A stretch of 63,963 nt of DNA from Pyrinomonadaceae bacterium (lineage in GTDB: Bacteria; Acidobacteriota; Blastocatellia; Pyrinomonadales; Pyrinomonadaceae). Below the pieces are notes generated by a model that did no database searches, was not told the origin of the DNA, and saw only the letters and a list, made by a program, of their open reading frames with translations. A program made the position numbers and the translations under genes. Below are positions 1 through 9,164 of this stretch, in pieces (position 1 is the first letter of the stretch; each line of letters starts with the position of its first letter). The stretch covers positions 1 through 63,963 of the forward strand of contig JBGTLE010000184.1 of NCBI GenBank assembly GCA_041744295.1, read 5' to 3'.

Positions 1-77
1 TGCGCGACCTGCCCGTTAGGGACGGGAACGCCAAACCTCTTCAACAGTTCTTTCCCCTGATACTCATGAATCTTCAT
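1..77 (-). CDS. sucC: succinyl-CoA ligase beta subunit, N-terminal fragment (gene runs off the window)
   Basis: The reverse complement starts with ATG at 75-77 and reads [25 protein letters not shown], the conserved SucC N-terminus. Only 25 codons are visible. Confidence 0.6.
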   Translation of the reverse strand, partial: MKIHEYQGKELLKRFGVPVPNGQVA

Positions 78-287
78 TAGTTGATTCCGTTTGAAGTTTG
101 AATTTTATTTGGAGCACGAGGAGTTTAGCCGCGCGCAACGCCTGTCTGCAAGTTGACGCAAGTTTGAAAGTCTCGCAGTCAGGAAGGCGGACCCTGTCCC
201 CGCTTCACTTTCATAACCACTTGTGAAATTTGAAGCGTGAAGAGGTTCGCGAGTGTTATTCTCTCGCGCATAGTGGAGGAGAAAATA

Positions 288-749
288 ATGAGTGAAGTAT
301 TGGTCACTTCTCTTGATAATCTCAAGCACGAAGTTAAGTACGGCAAGGGTCACACGTTCATCACCGACGAGCCGTTGGAAGTTGGCGGCGAAGACGCAGG
401 ACCGGATCCTTACACGCTGCTGCTAGCCGCGCTGGGGAGTTGTATCTCGATGACGACAAAGCTGTACGCGCGTCGAAAGGGCTGGGACGTGCAGCGCGTG
501 ATCGTGCGACTGCGTCAACAAAGAATTCATGCAAAGGATTGTCAGGACTGCGGCGACGTAATGGAAGGTTTCGTTCATCGCATCGAACGCTCCGTAACAG
601 TGGAAGGAAACTTGACGAACGAACAACGTGCGCGACTGCAGGAGATTGCCCACAAGTGTCCCGTGCATAAGACGCTGAGCGCACCAATAGTCATCGCAGA
701 GATCGAAGAACCCGAAGAGCAGCCAACTGATCTTAGCAACGCGTTCTGA
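288..749 (+). CDS. OsmC/Ohr family redox protein
   Basis: ATG at 288 follows GGAGGA (275-280). The two-Cys OsmC signature is present: GPDPYTLLLAALGSCISMT ... KCPVHKTL. Confidence 0.8.
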   Translation: MSEVLVTSLDNLKHEVKYGKGHTFITDEPLEVGGEDAGPDPYTLLLAALGSCISMTTKLYARRKGWDVQRVIVRLRQQRIHAKDCQDCGDVMEGFVHRIERSVTVEGNLTNEQRARLQEIAHKCPVHKTLSAPIVIAEIEEPEEQPTDLSNAF

Positions 750-801
750 ATTTCTTCTCAAACGACGAATTGCGAAACCTCTGGAGTGGGCGGAATGGAA
801 T

Positions 802-883
802 GATGTCAGATGCTGGATGTTAGATGTTAGTTTTGTATTCGACGCGCCAGAACACTGACATCTAACATCCAGCATCTGACATC
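802..883. repeat. hairpin with simple-repeat arms (CATCTNA/GACATCT family)
   Basis: Left arm gatgtcagatgctggatgttagatgttag (802-830) pairs with right arm ctgacatctaacatccagcatctgacatc (855-883). Complementarity is 28/29 and the loop is 24 nt. Confidence 0.9.
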
Positions 884-898
884 TATTTCCGGCTCCGC

Positions 899-939
899 GC
901 AAGCAAAAGGGCTTTCAATCATCATGATCGAAAGCCCTT
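899..939 (-). terminator. rho-independent terminator 3' of tRNA-Pro
   Basis: Stem AAGGGCTTTC (907-916) pairs with GAAAGCCCTT (930-939). On the minus strand it is followed by TTTTGCTT. It also lies 3' of the OsmC gene on the plus strand. Confidence 0.6.
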
Positions 940-943
940 AAAC

Positions 944-1020
944 TGGTCGGGACGCCGAGATTCGAACTCGGGACCTCACGCACCCCAAGCGTGCGCGCTA
1001 CCAGGCTGCGCCACGTCCCG
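944..1020 (-). tRNA. tRNA-Pro (anticodon GGG)
   Basis: 77-nt cloverleaf: acceptor CGGGACG/CGTCCCG, D arm GCGC-AGCCTGGTA-GCGC, anticodon arm CACGC-TTGGGGT-GCGTG (U33, GGG, G37), T arm CCGAG-TTCGAAT-CTCGG, discriminator A and an encoded CCA. Confidence 0.9.
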
Positions 1021-1098
1021 TGAAAACGCGTCTTAGTATCTCCGCAAAAGAGTAATTGTCAAATCGAGGAACGTGCGGGTGGGACGTCGGACGAGTGT

Positions 1099-1599
1099 CT
1101 AGCGCGGACGGGAATTCTTTGCTTCCTTCTTCTCAAGTAAAGAAAGTATCTCGCGCATTTCAGTCGCGAGTTGGCGTAGCGCCTGGCGATCTTCTTTCGT
1201 CTTCGGCAAATCAGTTGAATAGGGAATGCCCGCTGGACGAATCTCAGTTTGTGCTTCAAGTGGAAGAGCAGCCACGACACCAAAACCACTCAATTCATTT
1301 ACATCGCCGTCGGCAGAAACGACCTTTAACTTGCTGCCATTTCTCAGATCATTCGCAAGTCTCTTTTTCGCTCCGGCAATCGTGTATTGATCTTCGTAAA
1401 GCAACTCCTTGATTCTGAGCGCGATCTCGACGTCCCGTTTGCGATACACGCGTTGGCCGGCGCGATTCTTTTGCGGCGCCAGCATCGGAAACTCAGATTC
1501 CCAATAGCGCAGCACGTGTGCTTGCACCCCGGCGAGATCGCAAACCTCACCTATCTTGAAAAAGAGTTTCTCAGGGATGGCTACAGCGGGGCGGCTCAT
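1099..1599 (-). CDS. MerR family transcriptional regulator
   Basis: N-terminal MerR helix-turn-helix: [44 protein letters not shown]. Confidence 0.8.
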   Translation of the reverse strand: MSRPAVAIPEKLFFKIGEVCDLAGVQAHVLRYWESEFPMLAPQKNRAGQRVYRKRDVEIALRIKELLYEDQYTIAGAKKRLANDLRNGSKLKVVSADGDVNELSGFGVVAALPLEAQTEIRPAGIPYSTDLPKTKEDRQALRQLATEMREILSLLEKKEAKNSRPR

Positions 1600-1776
1600 A
1601 GTACGAAGGCCTCAAATCTACTGAATTGGCTGGCTGTCGGGAATTTAGAATTTGACGGCGAGTTTGCCAGCAACCGGGAAGTCGGCGTCATGTTACAGGC
1701 CACGAGTTTTGCCTGTCAATACATATGTTTAGAGGGCGGCAGTTAAAACGATATCTTAAAGGTGATTGATGAAGGA

Positions 1777-2183
1777 GCAGACAGCAGACAGCAAACAGCG
1801 AACAGCCAGACTGCACAGAAGTACTGAGTGCTGAGTACTGAGTTCCAGACCCGTCGAACTCAATTTGCGTCGTGATCTTGAGGCCTGATGAATGTTGAAA
1901 TCGAAAAACTTTCTCAACCCGCTGGATACAGGCGGAACTCAGTACTCAGTACTCAGCACCCGTGGCTTACAGGCTAACGCCCTGGTTTAGGAGGCTCCGT
2001 CTCAATCATGCCCCAGGCAGAGCCTCAGCCAAGCCAAGGTTCCGGTAAGGCGGAGCCTTACCGCAACGAGGGCACCAGATCCGAAGGTGAACTCAGAGCT
2101 CGAACTGATTGCCTCTAGACCACCATTGCTACGTCAGCGCCTCTTTTGACCTCTCTGGCTGTTTGCTGTTTGCTGTCCGCTGT
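1777..2183. repeat. nested inverted-repeat element (outer GCTGTTT/C arms, inner ACTGAGT arms)
   Basis: Outer arms are agcagacagcagacagcaaacagcgaacagcc (1777-1807) and ggctgtttgctgtttgctgtccgctgt (2157-2183). Inner arms are agtactgagtgctgagtactgagt (1820-1843) and actcagtactcagtactcagcac (1937-1959). No ORF of 60 aa or more lies inside. Confidence 0.85.
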
Positions 2184-2197
2184 TAGCTCCCCACGAT

Positions 2198-2227
2198 TTA
2201 GCGCTTTTCTCTCGCTCAAGCTATAAT
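2198..2227 (+). promoter_or_regulatory. putative sigma-70 promoter of the aminotransferase gene
   Basis: Perfect -10 TATAAT (2222-2227), with TTAGCG (2198-2203) 18 nt upstream as a weak -35. Confidence 0.3.
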
Positions 2228-2270
2228 CCGCTCCCGTCTTAAGCCAACCGCTCAAACTGGAGGATCATCC

Positions 2271-3443
2271 TTGGTGACCAGGTCTTCGACTGCTTCACGT
2301 CTGGCCGCACGGCTCGATGAAATCGGATTTTCCGATATTGTTAACGTTCGCAACCGCATTATGGCGTTGCGCGCGCAAGGCCAAAGTGTCTTTCAGTTCG
2401 AGGGCGGCGAGCCTTTCATGAACACGCCTGACTTCATCAAGGCGGCAATGATCCAGGCAATCAACGAAAACAAAACTCGCTACGCACCATCCTCCGGAAT
2501 TCCTGAACTACGTACCGCGATCGCAGCAAAGCTCCGCGACAGAAATCAGCTCCCGGCTGCAGACAAAGACGTCATAGTTTTGAATGGCGGGATGCAGGGG
2601 CTGTTCGGCGCGTTTCAATCGGTAGTTGATCCGGGTGAAGAGGTGCTGGTCTTCTCACCTTACTGGACACCGATTAAAGACCTCATCTTTCATTGCCAGG
2701 GCAAGCCGGTATTGGTGCCAACGTATGAAGCCCGCGAAGCTGGCTTTGAAACTACGCTCGCGCGTTACACAAATGAGCGGACCAAAGTCATCTACTACAA
2801 CACGCCCCAGAATCCGACCGGAGTCGTGTTCACCGAAGAAGAGGCAAACGCAGTTGCGCGGTTCGCGCAAGATCGAGACCTGGTCGTGATTGCCGATGAG
2901 GCTTACGAGGATCTGGTTTACGAAGGTGAGCATTTCTCGATTGCGTCACTAGCGGGAATGTTTGAGCGCACGATTACCTGCTTCACGTTGTCGAAGAGTT
3001 ACGCCATGACTGGATGGCGCCTGGGATACACAGTTGCGGCCGAGCCCTGGATGACCGGTTTAAAGAAAACCACTTTGTATTCTTCTAACGGTGTATCGAC
3101 TCCGACGCAGTGGGCCGGCGTGGCTGCGTTCACCGACACTTCAGATCTTCTTGAGCGCAACCGAGCCGCGTACCGCGAACGTCGCGATCTACTGCTAGGG
3201 GGACTTAACGAGCTTGGTCTGAACTGTGAAAAACCGGCAGGCGCGTTCTATGCGTTTCCTGATGTCTCGCGCATAAGCAAAGACAGTCGTGAGGCCGCTG
3301 AGGTGCTGCTCGATCGGGCGAAGGTCGCGACCGTGCCGGGCATCGTGTTCGGTGAACATGGCGAGAGCCATCTGCGATTTTCATTTTCCACCACTCTCGA
3401 AATGATTGAAGCCGGACTGGATTCTCTTCGTCGCAACCTCTAA
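2271..3443 (+). CDS. PLP-dependent aminotransferase, class I/II (aspartate aminotransferase-like)
   Basis: 390-aa ORF starting at TTG 2271 or GTG 2274, after GGAGGA (2259-2264). The PLP-lysine motif LSKSYAMTGWRLGY and YNTPQNPTG are present. Confidence 0.85.
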   Translation: MVTRSSTASRLAARLDEIGFSDIVNVRNRIMALRAQGQSVFQFEGGEPFMNTPDFIKAAMIQAINENKTRYAPSSGIPELRTAIAAKLRDRNQLPAADKDVIVLNGGMQGLFGAFQSVVDPGEEVLVFSPYWTPIKDLIFHCQGKPVLVPTYEAREAGFETTLARYTNERTKVIYYNTPQNPTGVVFTEEEANAVARFAQDRDLVVIADEAYEDLVYEGEHFSIASLAGMFERTITCFTLSKSYAMTGWRLGYTVAAEPWMTGLKKTTLYSSNGVSTPTQWAGVAAFTDTSDLLERNRAAYRERRDLLLGGLNELGLNCEKPAGAFYAFPDVSRISKDSREAAEVLLDRAKVATVPGIVFGEHGESHLRFSFSTTLEMIEAGLDSLRRNL

Positions 3444-3446
3444 ACC

Positions 3447-3473
3447 GAAGGATGAAGGATGAAGGATGAAGAG
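3447..3473. repeat. GATGAAG heptamer tract
   Basis: gaaggatgaaggatgaaggatgaagag. It spans the thiL start codon. The same tract in the same orientation recurs at 4527-4565. Confidence 0.85.
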
Positions 3474-4523
3474 ACAACAAGCCATGCGGTGAGTGCGGCT
3501 ACAAGTAATAGCGGCAGTAGTGAGTTTGATTTCATCAGGCAACTTCGTCGGCGCGTCGGGACTAACGGCTCCTCATCATCATTAATGACTGGAATCGGCG
3601 ATGACGCGGCCGTGCTCAGACAAGCCACCGGACGCGACACCGTAGTCAGCACCGACCTCCTCATCGAAGGCATCGATTTCCAACAACTATCAACTGAACC
3701 AGAACTTCTCGGTCACAAGGCGCTGGCAGTTTCTCTGTCAGACGTTGCGGCCATGGGTGCGCGTCCGCGCTGGGCGCTAACTTCGCTCGGCCTGCCTGAG
3801 GACGTTTGGGCATCCAGTTTTGCTGACGAGTTTTACGATGGCCTCCTTAAGTTGGCAAATGTGTACGACATCAGGTTGATCGGCGGCGACATCTCACGCA
3901 CACCGGAGCAGATCGTCATCGATTCGATCGCGATTGGCGAATGCGCGAGCGGAAAGGCCGTGCTTCGCAAAGGAGCGAAGCCCGGAGACCGAGTTTTCGT
4001 GACTGGCTCTCTGGGAGCTTCCGCGGCAGGGCTGCGACTCATCGAACACGGGGCACATTTGAAGAAGGCTGAAAGCGATGAGGATTCCAACGTGGTCCAG
4101 GAACTACTCCTGCGACATCTTAAGCCCGAGCCCCGAGTAGGTTGGGGATTGGTGCTGGGTGAAGAGCAACTCGCAAGTGCAATGATTGACATCAGCGACG
4201 GTCTCTCTTCCGACCTCCACCATCTTTGCGAAGAGAGCAACGTCGGCGCAATCGTGCGCTCCGGAGAGATACCAGTCGATCCACGCGTGGTGGAGATTTG
4301 TGGCAGGCGTCGACTGGATCCGCTTATGCTCGCGCTGCACGGTGGCGAGGATTTTGAACTCTTGTTTACGGTGCCTCCCGAAAAAGTTATGAGACTACCG
4401 CGAAAGGTAGATGGCGTGACGCTGACCGAGATCGGCGAGGTCAAAACCGCGAACGAGGGCGTCCGCATTTCAGAAGGCTCGCGGGTTTGGGATCTGAAGC
4501 CCGAAGGATGGAAGCACTTTTGA
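3459..4523 (+). CDS. thiL: thiamine-monophosphate kinase
   Basis: ThiL/AIR-synthase-like motifs: EFDFIRQL...GIGDDAAVL...STDLLIEGIDF...AVSLSDVAAMGA...DISDGL. The start is uncertain because several ATGs lie in the heptamer tract. Confidence 0.85.
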   Translation: MKDEETTSHAVSAATSNSGSSEFDFIRQLRRRVGTNGSSSSLMTGIGDDAAVLRQATGRDTVVSTDLLIEGIDFQQLSTEPELLGHKALAVSLSDVAAMGARPRWALTSLGLPEDVWASSFADEFYDGLLKLANVYDIRLIGGDISRTPEQIVIDSIAIGECASGKAVLRKGAKPGDRVFVTGSLGASAAGLRLIEHGAHLKKAESDEDSNVVQELLLRHLKPEPRVGWGLVLGEEQLASAMIDISDGLSSDLHHLCEESNVGAIVRSGEIPVDPRVVEICGRRRLDPLMLALHGGEDFELLFTVPPEKVMRLPRKVDGVTLTEIGEVKTANEGVRISEGSRVWDLKPEGWKHF

Positions 4524-4526
4524 ATA

Positions 4527-4607
4527 AGGATGAAGGCGGAAGGATGAAGGATGAAGGATGAAAGAGCGGTGGCTTACCAGCATCTAACATCCAGCATCTG
4601 ACATCTA
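4527..4607. repeat. GATGAAG tract followed by a CATCTNACATC arm
   Basis: aaggatgaaggcggaaggatgaaggatgaaggatgaaag (4527-4565), then cagcatctaacatccagcatctgacatct (4579-4607). Confidence 0.85.
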
Positions 4608-4679
4608 TCGTTCGACATCTGCTAGACTGCACGCAATGCGCGCCTATTGAAAGAAGGCGCGCATCTTTTGCTAAAGACC

Positions 4680-6080
4680 ATGCTGCGAATTCATAACACT
4701 CTCTCCGGCAAGCTGGAAGAATTTCACCCGCTGCGTGAAGGCGAAGTCAGTTTCTATTATTGTGGCCCAACCGTCTGGGACTATGGCCATATCGGAAACT
4801 TCCGTTCGGCCGTCGCGGCGGACATCGTGCGACGTTACCTGCAGTTCAAAGGTTTCAAAGTCACGCATGTCATGAACATCACCGATGTGGAGGACCGCAT
4901 CATCGCCAAGTCTCAGGAAGCCGGACTAAGCATCGACGACTACACCGCAAAATATATCGACGCGCTCTGGGAAGACTTTGACGCACTCGGATGCGAACGA
5001 CCGGATGTGGTGCCGCGAGCTACGCGACATATTCCGCAGATGGTCAATCTCATTGAGAAGCTGCTCGAGGCGAATCACGCTTACCGTTCAGACGGTTCGA
5101 TCTACTATCGCATCAGCTCATTTCCTGAGTACGGCAAACTCTCGAGGATAAACTTCTCGGGAAACATCGCCGGAGCAAGCGAACGCATCGACACGGACAA
5201 ATACGAGAAGGAAGACGCTCGTGATTTCGCGCTATGGAAAGAATCGGCAAGCGCGACCGAGCCGGCCTGGGATTCAGCCATCGGCCGCGGTCGTCCGGGT
5301 TGGCATATCGAGTGTTCGGCGATGTCGATGAAGTACCTCGGCGAAACCTTCGATCTGCACGCCGGCGGCATCGATCTGGTGTTTCCCCATCACGAGAACG
5401 AGATCGCGCAAAGCGAAGGCGCGACCGGCAAAGAGTTTGTCCGTTACTGGCTTCACTTCGAACATCTGAAAGTCGAAGGCGAGACCATGTCAAAATCGAA
5501 GGGCAACTACTACACGTTTCGTGATATCGCGGCGAAGGGTTACTCGCCCGCGGCGATTCGTTATTTCCTTTTAAGCGTTCCATACAACAAGCAGATCAAT
5601 TTCACTTTCGATGCGTTAACCGGCGCCGAAAAGACGGTTAGCGGCTTGCAGGATTTTCGCGCGCGTCTCAGCGAGGCGAAAACCGAATCAGGAAGTAATG
5701 AGGCGATTCACGAGGCAACTGAAAAAGCACTCAAAGATTTTGAAGCGGGGATGGATGACGACCTGAATACTTCAGTCGCGCTGGCAGTCATTCACAACCT
5801 CTCGCGAACCGTGAACACGGCACTCGCGCGGAAGCAGCTGCGCGCAGACAACCAGCGGGAACTGCTCGAATTGCTCGAGCGATTTGATAGCGTGCTGAAC
5901 ATCTTTGGAACCAACCAGCGCGAGATGCTCGATAGCGAGGTGCAGGCTTTGATAGCTGAACGGCAGGAGGCCCGCCGGCGCAGAGACTTTCCTCGTAGTG
6001 ATGAGATCCGCGACGAACTCGCCGAGCGTGGGATCGTTTTGGAAGATACGAAAGATGGCGTGCGCTGGAAGCGCAAGTAG
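4680..6080 (+). CDS. cysS: cysteine--tRNA ligase
   Basis: Class I aaRS motifs HIGN (YGHIGNFR) and KMSKS (TMSKSKGN). The start MLRIHNTLSGK at ATG 4680 is typical of CysS. Confidence 0.95.
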   Translation: MLRIHNTLSGKLEEFHPLREGEVSFYYCGPTVWDYGHIGNFRSAVAADIVRRYLQFKGFKVTHVMNITDVEDRIIAKSQEAGLSIDDYTAKYIDALWEDFDALGCERPDVVPRATRHIPQMVNLIEKLLEANHAYRSDGSIYYRISSFPEYGKLSRINFSGNIAGASERIDTDKYEKEDARDFALWKESASATEPAWDSAIGRGRPGWHIECSAMSMKYLGETFDLHAGGIDLVFPHHENEIAQSEGATGKEFVRYWLHFEHLKVEGETMSKSKGNYYTFRDIAAKGYSPAAIRYFLLSVPYNKQINFTFDALTGAEKTVSGLQDFRARLSEAKTESGSNEAIHEATEKALKDFEAGMDDDLNTSVALAVIHNLSRTVNTALARKQLRADNQRELLELLERFDSVLNIFGTNQREMLDSEVQALIAERQEARRRRDFPRSDEIRDELAERGIVLEDTKDGVRWKRK

Positions 6081-6105
6081 AGGGGTTTGCTTAGCAGGAA
6101 TGTGA

Positions 6106-6219
6106 TTTGTGCTTACTTTGTGCTTTGTACTTTTTGCTTTGTACTTTGTTCTAAGCTCTAAGTTCCACGTCAACAAAGTCCAAGTACTAAGATTCAAGTA
6201 CCAAGTTCTAAGTACCAGG
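6106..6219. repeat. low-complexity imperfect inverted repeat (TTTGTAC / AGTAC units)
   Basis: The tract tttgtgcttactttgtgctttgtactttttgctttgtactttg... faces ...caaagtccaagtactaagattcaagtaccaagttctaagtaccagg. It fills the cysS/MFS spacer. Confidence 0.7.
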
Positions 6220-6236
6220 TTCTCTCCTAACGACCC

Positions 6237-7727
6237 TTGAAATCCACAAACCACGACGGCCCGCCAACCGGTGAGTACAAGATCTGGCAAGTAATCGCCG
6301 CGTCTGCGGTCGGCACCATGATCGAATGGTACGACTTCTATATTTTCGGTAGTCTCGCACTCGTAATTTCACCGCTCTTCTTTCCCCAGGGCAACGATAC
6401 CCTCGCGCTCATCGCTTATCTCTCGACATTCGCCGTCGGGTTTGTTGTGCGTCCATTTGGCGCACTTTTTTTTGGACGCATTGGCGATCTAGTCGGACGG
6501 AAGTACGCGTTCCTGGTCACGTTACTGATCATGGGAGGAGCGACCGCGTTGATTGGCCTCTTACCAACTTACGCGACGATCGGAATAGTGGCCCCGATTG
6601 TTCTGCTTTTAATTAGGATCCTGCAGGGACTCGCACTTGGTGGTGAGTATGGAGGCGCGGCGGTCTATGTCGCCGAACACGTGCCAGACGAGAGGCGCGG
6701 TTTCTATACGAGCTTCATTCAGATCACCGCCACACTCGGTCTGTTCTTATCGCTCGTCGTGATTCTGCTCATACAGAACGCGATGAGTAAGCAGGCGTTC
6801 GAAAGCTGGGGCTGGCGACTTCCCTTTCTGCTTTCAATCTTCCTGGTGGGCATCTCTCTTTACATTCGCCTGCGCATGAAAGAGTCGCCTATTTTCACGC
6901 AACTCAAGAGCGCGGGGATGACATCGGCCAAGCCACTCAAGGAAGCGTTTACGCAGTGGGCGAATCTAAAGAGAGTTTTGATCTCGCTGTTCGGGGCGAC
7001 GGCAGGACAGGGTGTGGTGTGGTACACGGGCCAGTTTTATGCGCTCTTCTATCTGCAAACAATTCTCAGGGTAAACGCCACGGCGGCTAACTACATCATC
7101 GCAATCGCATTGCTGCTGGGGATGCCATTCTTTGTATTCTTCGGCGCGCTCTCTGATCGCATTGGTCGGAAGTGGATCATCATGTTGGGATGCCTGCTGG
7201 CAGCAGTTTCGTATATTCCGATTTACTCGCTGATGCAGCAAGTCGCCGGATCCAACGTCGTAACGGTTGCCTCGCAGCCGAATTCAGTTACTGGCGCCAT
7301 CAGTCTGATTCCGCAAACGGTGGTTAACGGAGTGCAAGAGCCGGCCCAACCGGTCCTGCCGTATACAGACTTCGGTGCGCTGATCAGCAATCCGATAGCG
7401 TGGAAACTGATCCTGCTGGTTTTCATTCAGGTCATTTTCGTGACGATGGTCTATGGGCCAATCGCTGCCTTTCTGGTCGAGGCATTTCCCGCGAAGATCA
7501 GGTACACCGCTTTATCGCTTCCCTATCACATCGGGAATGGCGTCTTCGGAGGCTTGTTACCGCTGATCGGCTTGTGGGTCGTGGCTGAAACGAAGAATAT
7601 TTATGCGGGTCTGTATTATCCAATCGCCGTTGCGGCGGCGACGTTCGTGATCGGATCATTGCTGTTAAAGGAAACCCGACACGTGAAGATATGGAAGGAA
7701 GTGGATAGGAAAGATGTTAGAGGCTAG
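6237..7727 (+). CDS. MFS transporter, metabolite:H+ symporter family (ProP/KgtP-like)
   Basis: 496 aa and multi-TM. MHS-type motifs are present: IEWYDFYIFGSLA and GALFFGRIGDLVGRKYAFLVTLLIMG. The start is non-ATG (TTG). Confidence 0.8.
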   Translation: MKSTNHDGPPTGEYKIWQVIAASAVGTMIEWYDFYIFGSLALVISPLFFPQGNDTLALIAYLSTFAVGFVVRPFGALFFGRIGDLVGRKYAFLVTLLIMGGATALIGLLPTYATIGIVAPIVLLLIRILQGLALGGEYGGAAVYVAEHVPDERRGFYTSFIQITATLGLFLSLVVILLIQNAMSKQAFESWGWRLPFLLSIFLVGISLYIRLRMKESPIFTQLKSAGMTSAKPLKEAFTQWANLKRVLISLFGATAGQGVVWYTGQFYALFYLQTILRVNATAANYIIAIALLLGMPFFVFFGALSDRIGRKWIIMLGCLLAAVSYIPIYSLMQQVAGSNVVTVASQPNSVTGAISLIPQTVVNGVQEPAQPVLPYTDFGALISNPIAWKLILLVFIQVIFVTMVYGPIAAFLVEAFPAKIRYTALSLPYHIGNGVFGGLLPLIGLWVVAETKNIYAGLYYPIAVAAATFVIGSLLLKETRHVKIWKEVDRKDVRG

Positions 7728-7863
7728 ATGTTGGATGTTAGTTGGGACGCGGGGACGCGGGGACACGCGACAAGATCCCCGCGTCACCCCTGCTCCGCGT
7801 CCATCTACACCAGCATCTAACATCTGACATCCAGCATCTCTTCTCCACCGGCATCTAACATCT
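7713..7863. repeat. nested hairpin (CATCTNA arms around a GGGGACGCG palindrome)
   Basis: Outer arms are gatgttagaggctagatgttggatgttag (7713-7741) and cagcatctaacatctgacatccagcatct (7811-7839), plus ggcatctaacatct (7850-7863). The inner pair is gggacgcggggacgcgggga (7744-7763) and tccccgcgtcacccctgctccgcgtcc (7776-7802). Confidence 0.85.
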
Positions 7864-7877
7864 TCCTCGGAGTTGTC

Positions 7878-8402
7878 ATGACCAAGCTTGAACTCGAAAC
7901 AGATCGCTTGTTACTGCGGCAGTGGCGCGAATCTGACTTTGAACCATACGCGGAGATCTGCGCTGACCCCGAAGTAATGCGTTATGTTGGTGGCAAGGCA
8001 ATGTCTCGCCTGGAAGCATGGCGTCACATGGCGTTCATCATCGGGCATTGGCAGCTACTCGGTTATGGACACTTTGCGGTCGAAGAAAAAGCCACTGGCA
8101 AGTTCGTCGGACGACTCGGCTTCCTGAATCCCGCAGGCTGGCCCGCATTCGAAATTGGCTGGACCCTGGGGCGCGACAGTTGGGGAAAAGGGTACGCGAC
8201 TGAGGGAGCACGTCGCGCACTCGAATATGCGTTCGCTGAGCTTGATAAGAGCCACGTCATTAGCCTGATTCATCCTGAGAACGAAGCGTCCAAGCGAGTG
8301 GCGCGACGACTGGGTGAAAAAGAAGAGGGTGAAACTGAAGTCATGGGTATTCCCGTTATCATCTTTGGCATCGATCGCGACGCTTATGTCCGACCAAAAT
8401 AG
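7878..8402 (+). CDS. GNAT family N-acetyltransferase (RimJ/RimL-like)
   Basis: 174 aa with a typical RimJ-like layout: LETDRLLLRQW...DPEVMRY...IGW.L....WGKGYATEGARRALEYAF. Confidence 0.8.
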   Translation: MTKLELETDRLLLRQWRESDFEPYAEICADPEVMRYVGGKAMSRLEAWRHMAFIIGHWQLLGYGHFAVEEKATGKFVGRLGFLNPAGWPAFEIGWTLGRDSWGKGYATEGARRALEYAFAELDKSHVISLIHPENEASKRVARRLGEKEEGETEVMGIPVIIFGIDRDAYVRPK

Positions 8403-8904
8403 TCTCGAGTCACTGGTGTCGATCCTCAAGCTTGCCTACTCAGGCGAACTCGCTGCTGCCTATGCATATCGCGGACACTGGCACTCCTTAGACAATCCCG
8501 ACGAGCGAAAGCAGATAGCAGCAATCGAGAACGATGAGTGGCATCATCGCAAGCTCATTGGTCAGATACTGCATTCACTCCACGCCAAGCCGAGCACTTA
8601 TCGCGAAGTACGCGCCGCCCTAATAGGAAAGACTTTGGCGGTGTTTTGCCACCTGGCAGGGTGGCTCGCGCCGATGTTTGGAGCGGGCCGCCTCGAGCGC
8701 GGCAACATTCTCGAGTATCAGACGGCTGCGCTATACGCACGCGCGGCCGGTCGCGAAGATCTGATCGAATGTCTGTTGGTAATGGCTGAGGTCGAGTGGG
8801 ATCACGAGCAGTATTTTCGCGCGAAAGTCTTGAGCCATCGCTGGGCGCACCGACTCCCCATCTGGCCGGCGCCGCCGGCGAAAGAGTCGATCAGAAGGTT
8901 GTAG
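8386..8904 (+). CDS. ferritin-like di-iron carboxylate protein (Coq7/MiaE-like fold)
   Basis: Two ExxH motifs on predicted helices (NDEWHH and EVEWDHEQYF), plus the upstream SGELAAAYAY. ATG 8386 overlaps the GNAT stop by 17 nt. Confidence 0.55.
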   Translation: MSDQNSLESLVSILKLAYSGELAAAYAYRGHWHSLDNPDERKQIAAIENDEWHHRKLIGQILHSLHAKPSTYREVRAALIGKTLAVFCHLAGWLAPMFGAGRLERGNILEYQTAALYARAAGREDLIECLLVMAEVEWDHEQYFRAKVLSHRWAHRLPIWPAPPAKESIRRL

Positions 8905-9164
8905 GGCGGTACTCCATGGCCGCCCCTCTTTTGATTTACTGGTCTTTGGGTATAAAACGAATGAATCTGAACGAAGATGCTCGCGGTCAAAGGTTGGTTC
9001 TAACATCCAGCATCTAACCCCTGGCATCTGGTTTTACATAACTATTACACCTAACCTAAGTCGCAAGGACTAGGATTGCCGCAATCAAAAACCCCCGCTA
9101 ATTAGTAATGGTGAGCAGACTCGGGTTCTGGCACTTGATCCAGCTTCTCTGCTCAGGAGGAACC

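Noticed and set aside
944-2270. tRNA-Pro followed by a MerR regulator and a repeat-rich spacer, considered as a genomic-island integration site
   Set aside because: There is no integrase, no recombinase, no direct repeat of the tRNA 3' end and no phage or plasmid genes nearby. The flanking genes are ordinary metabolism genes.
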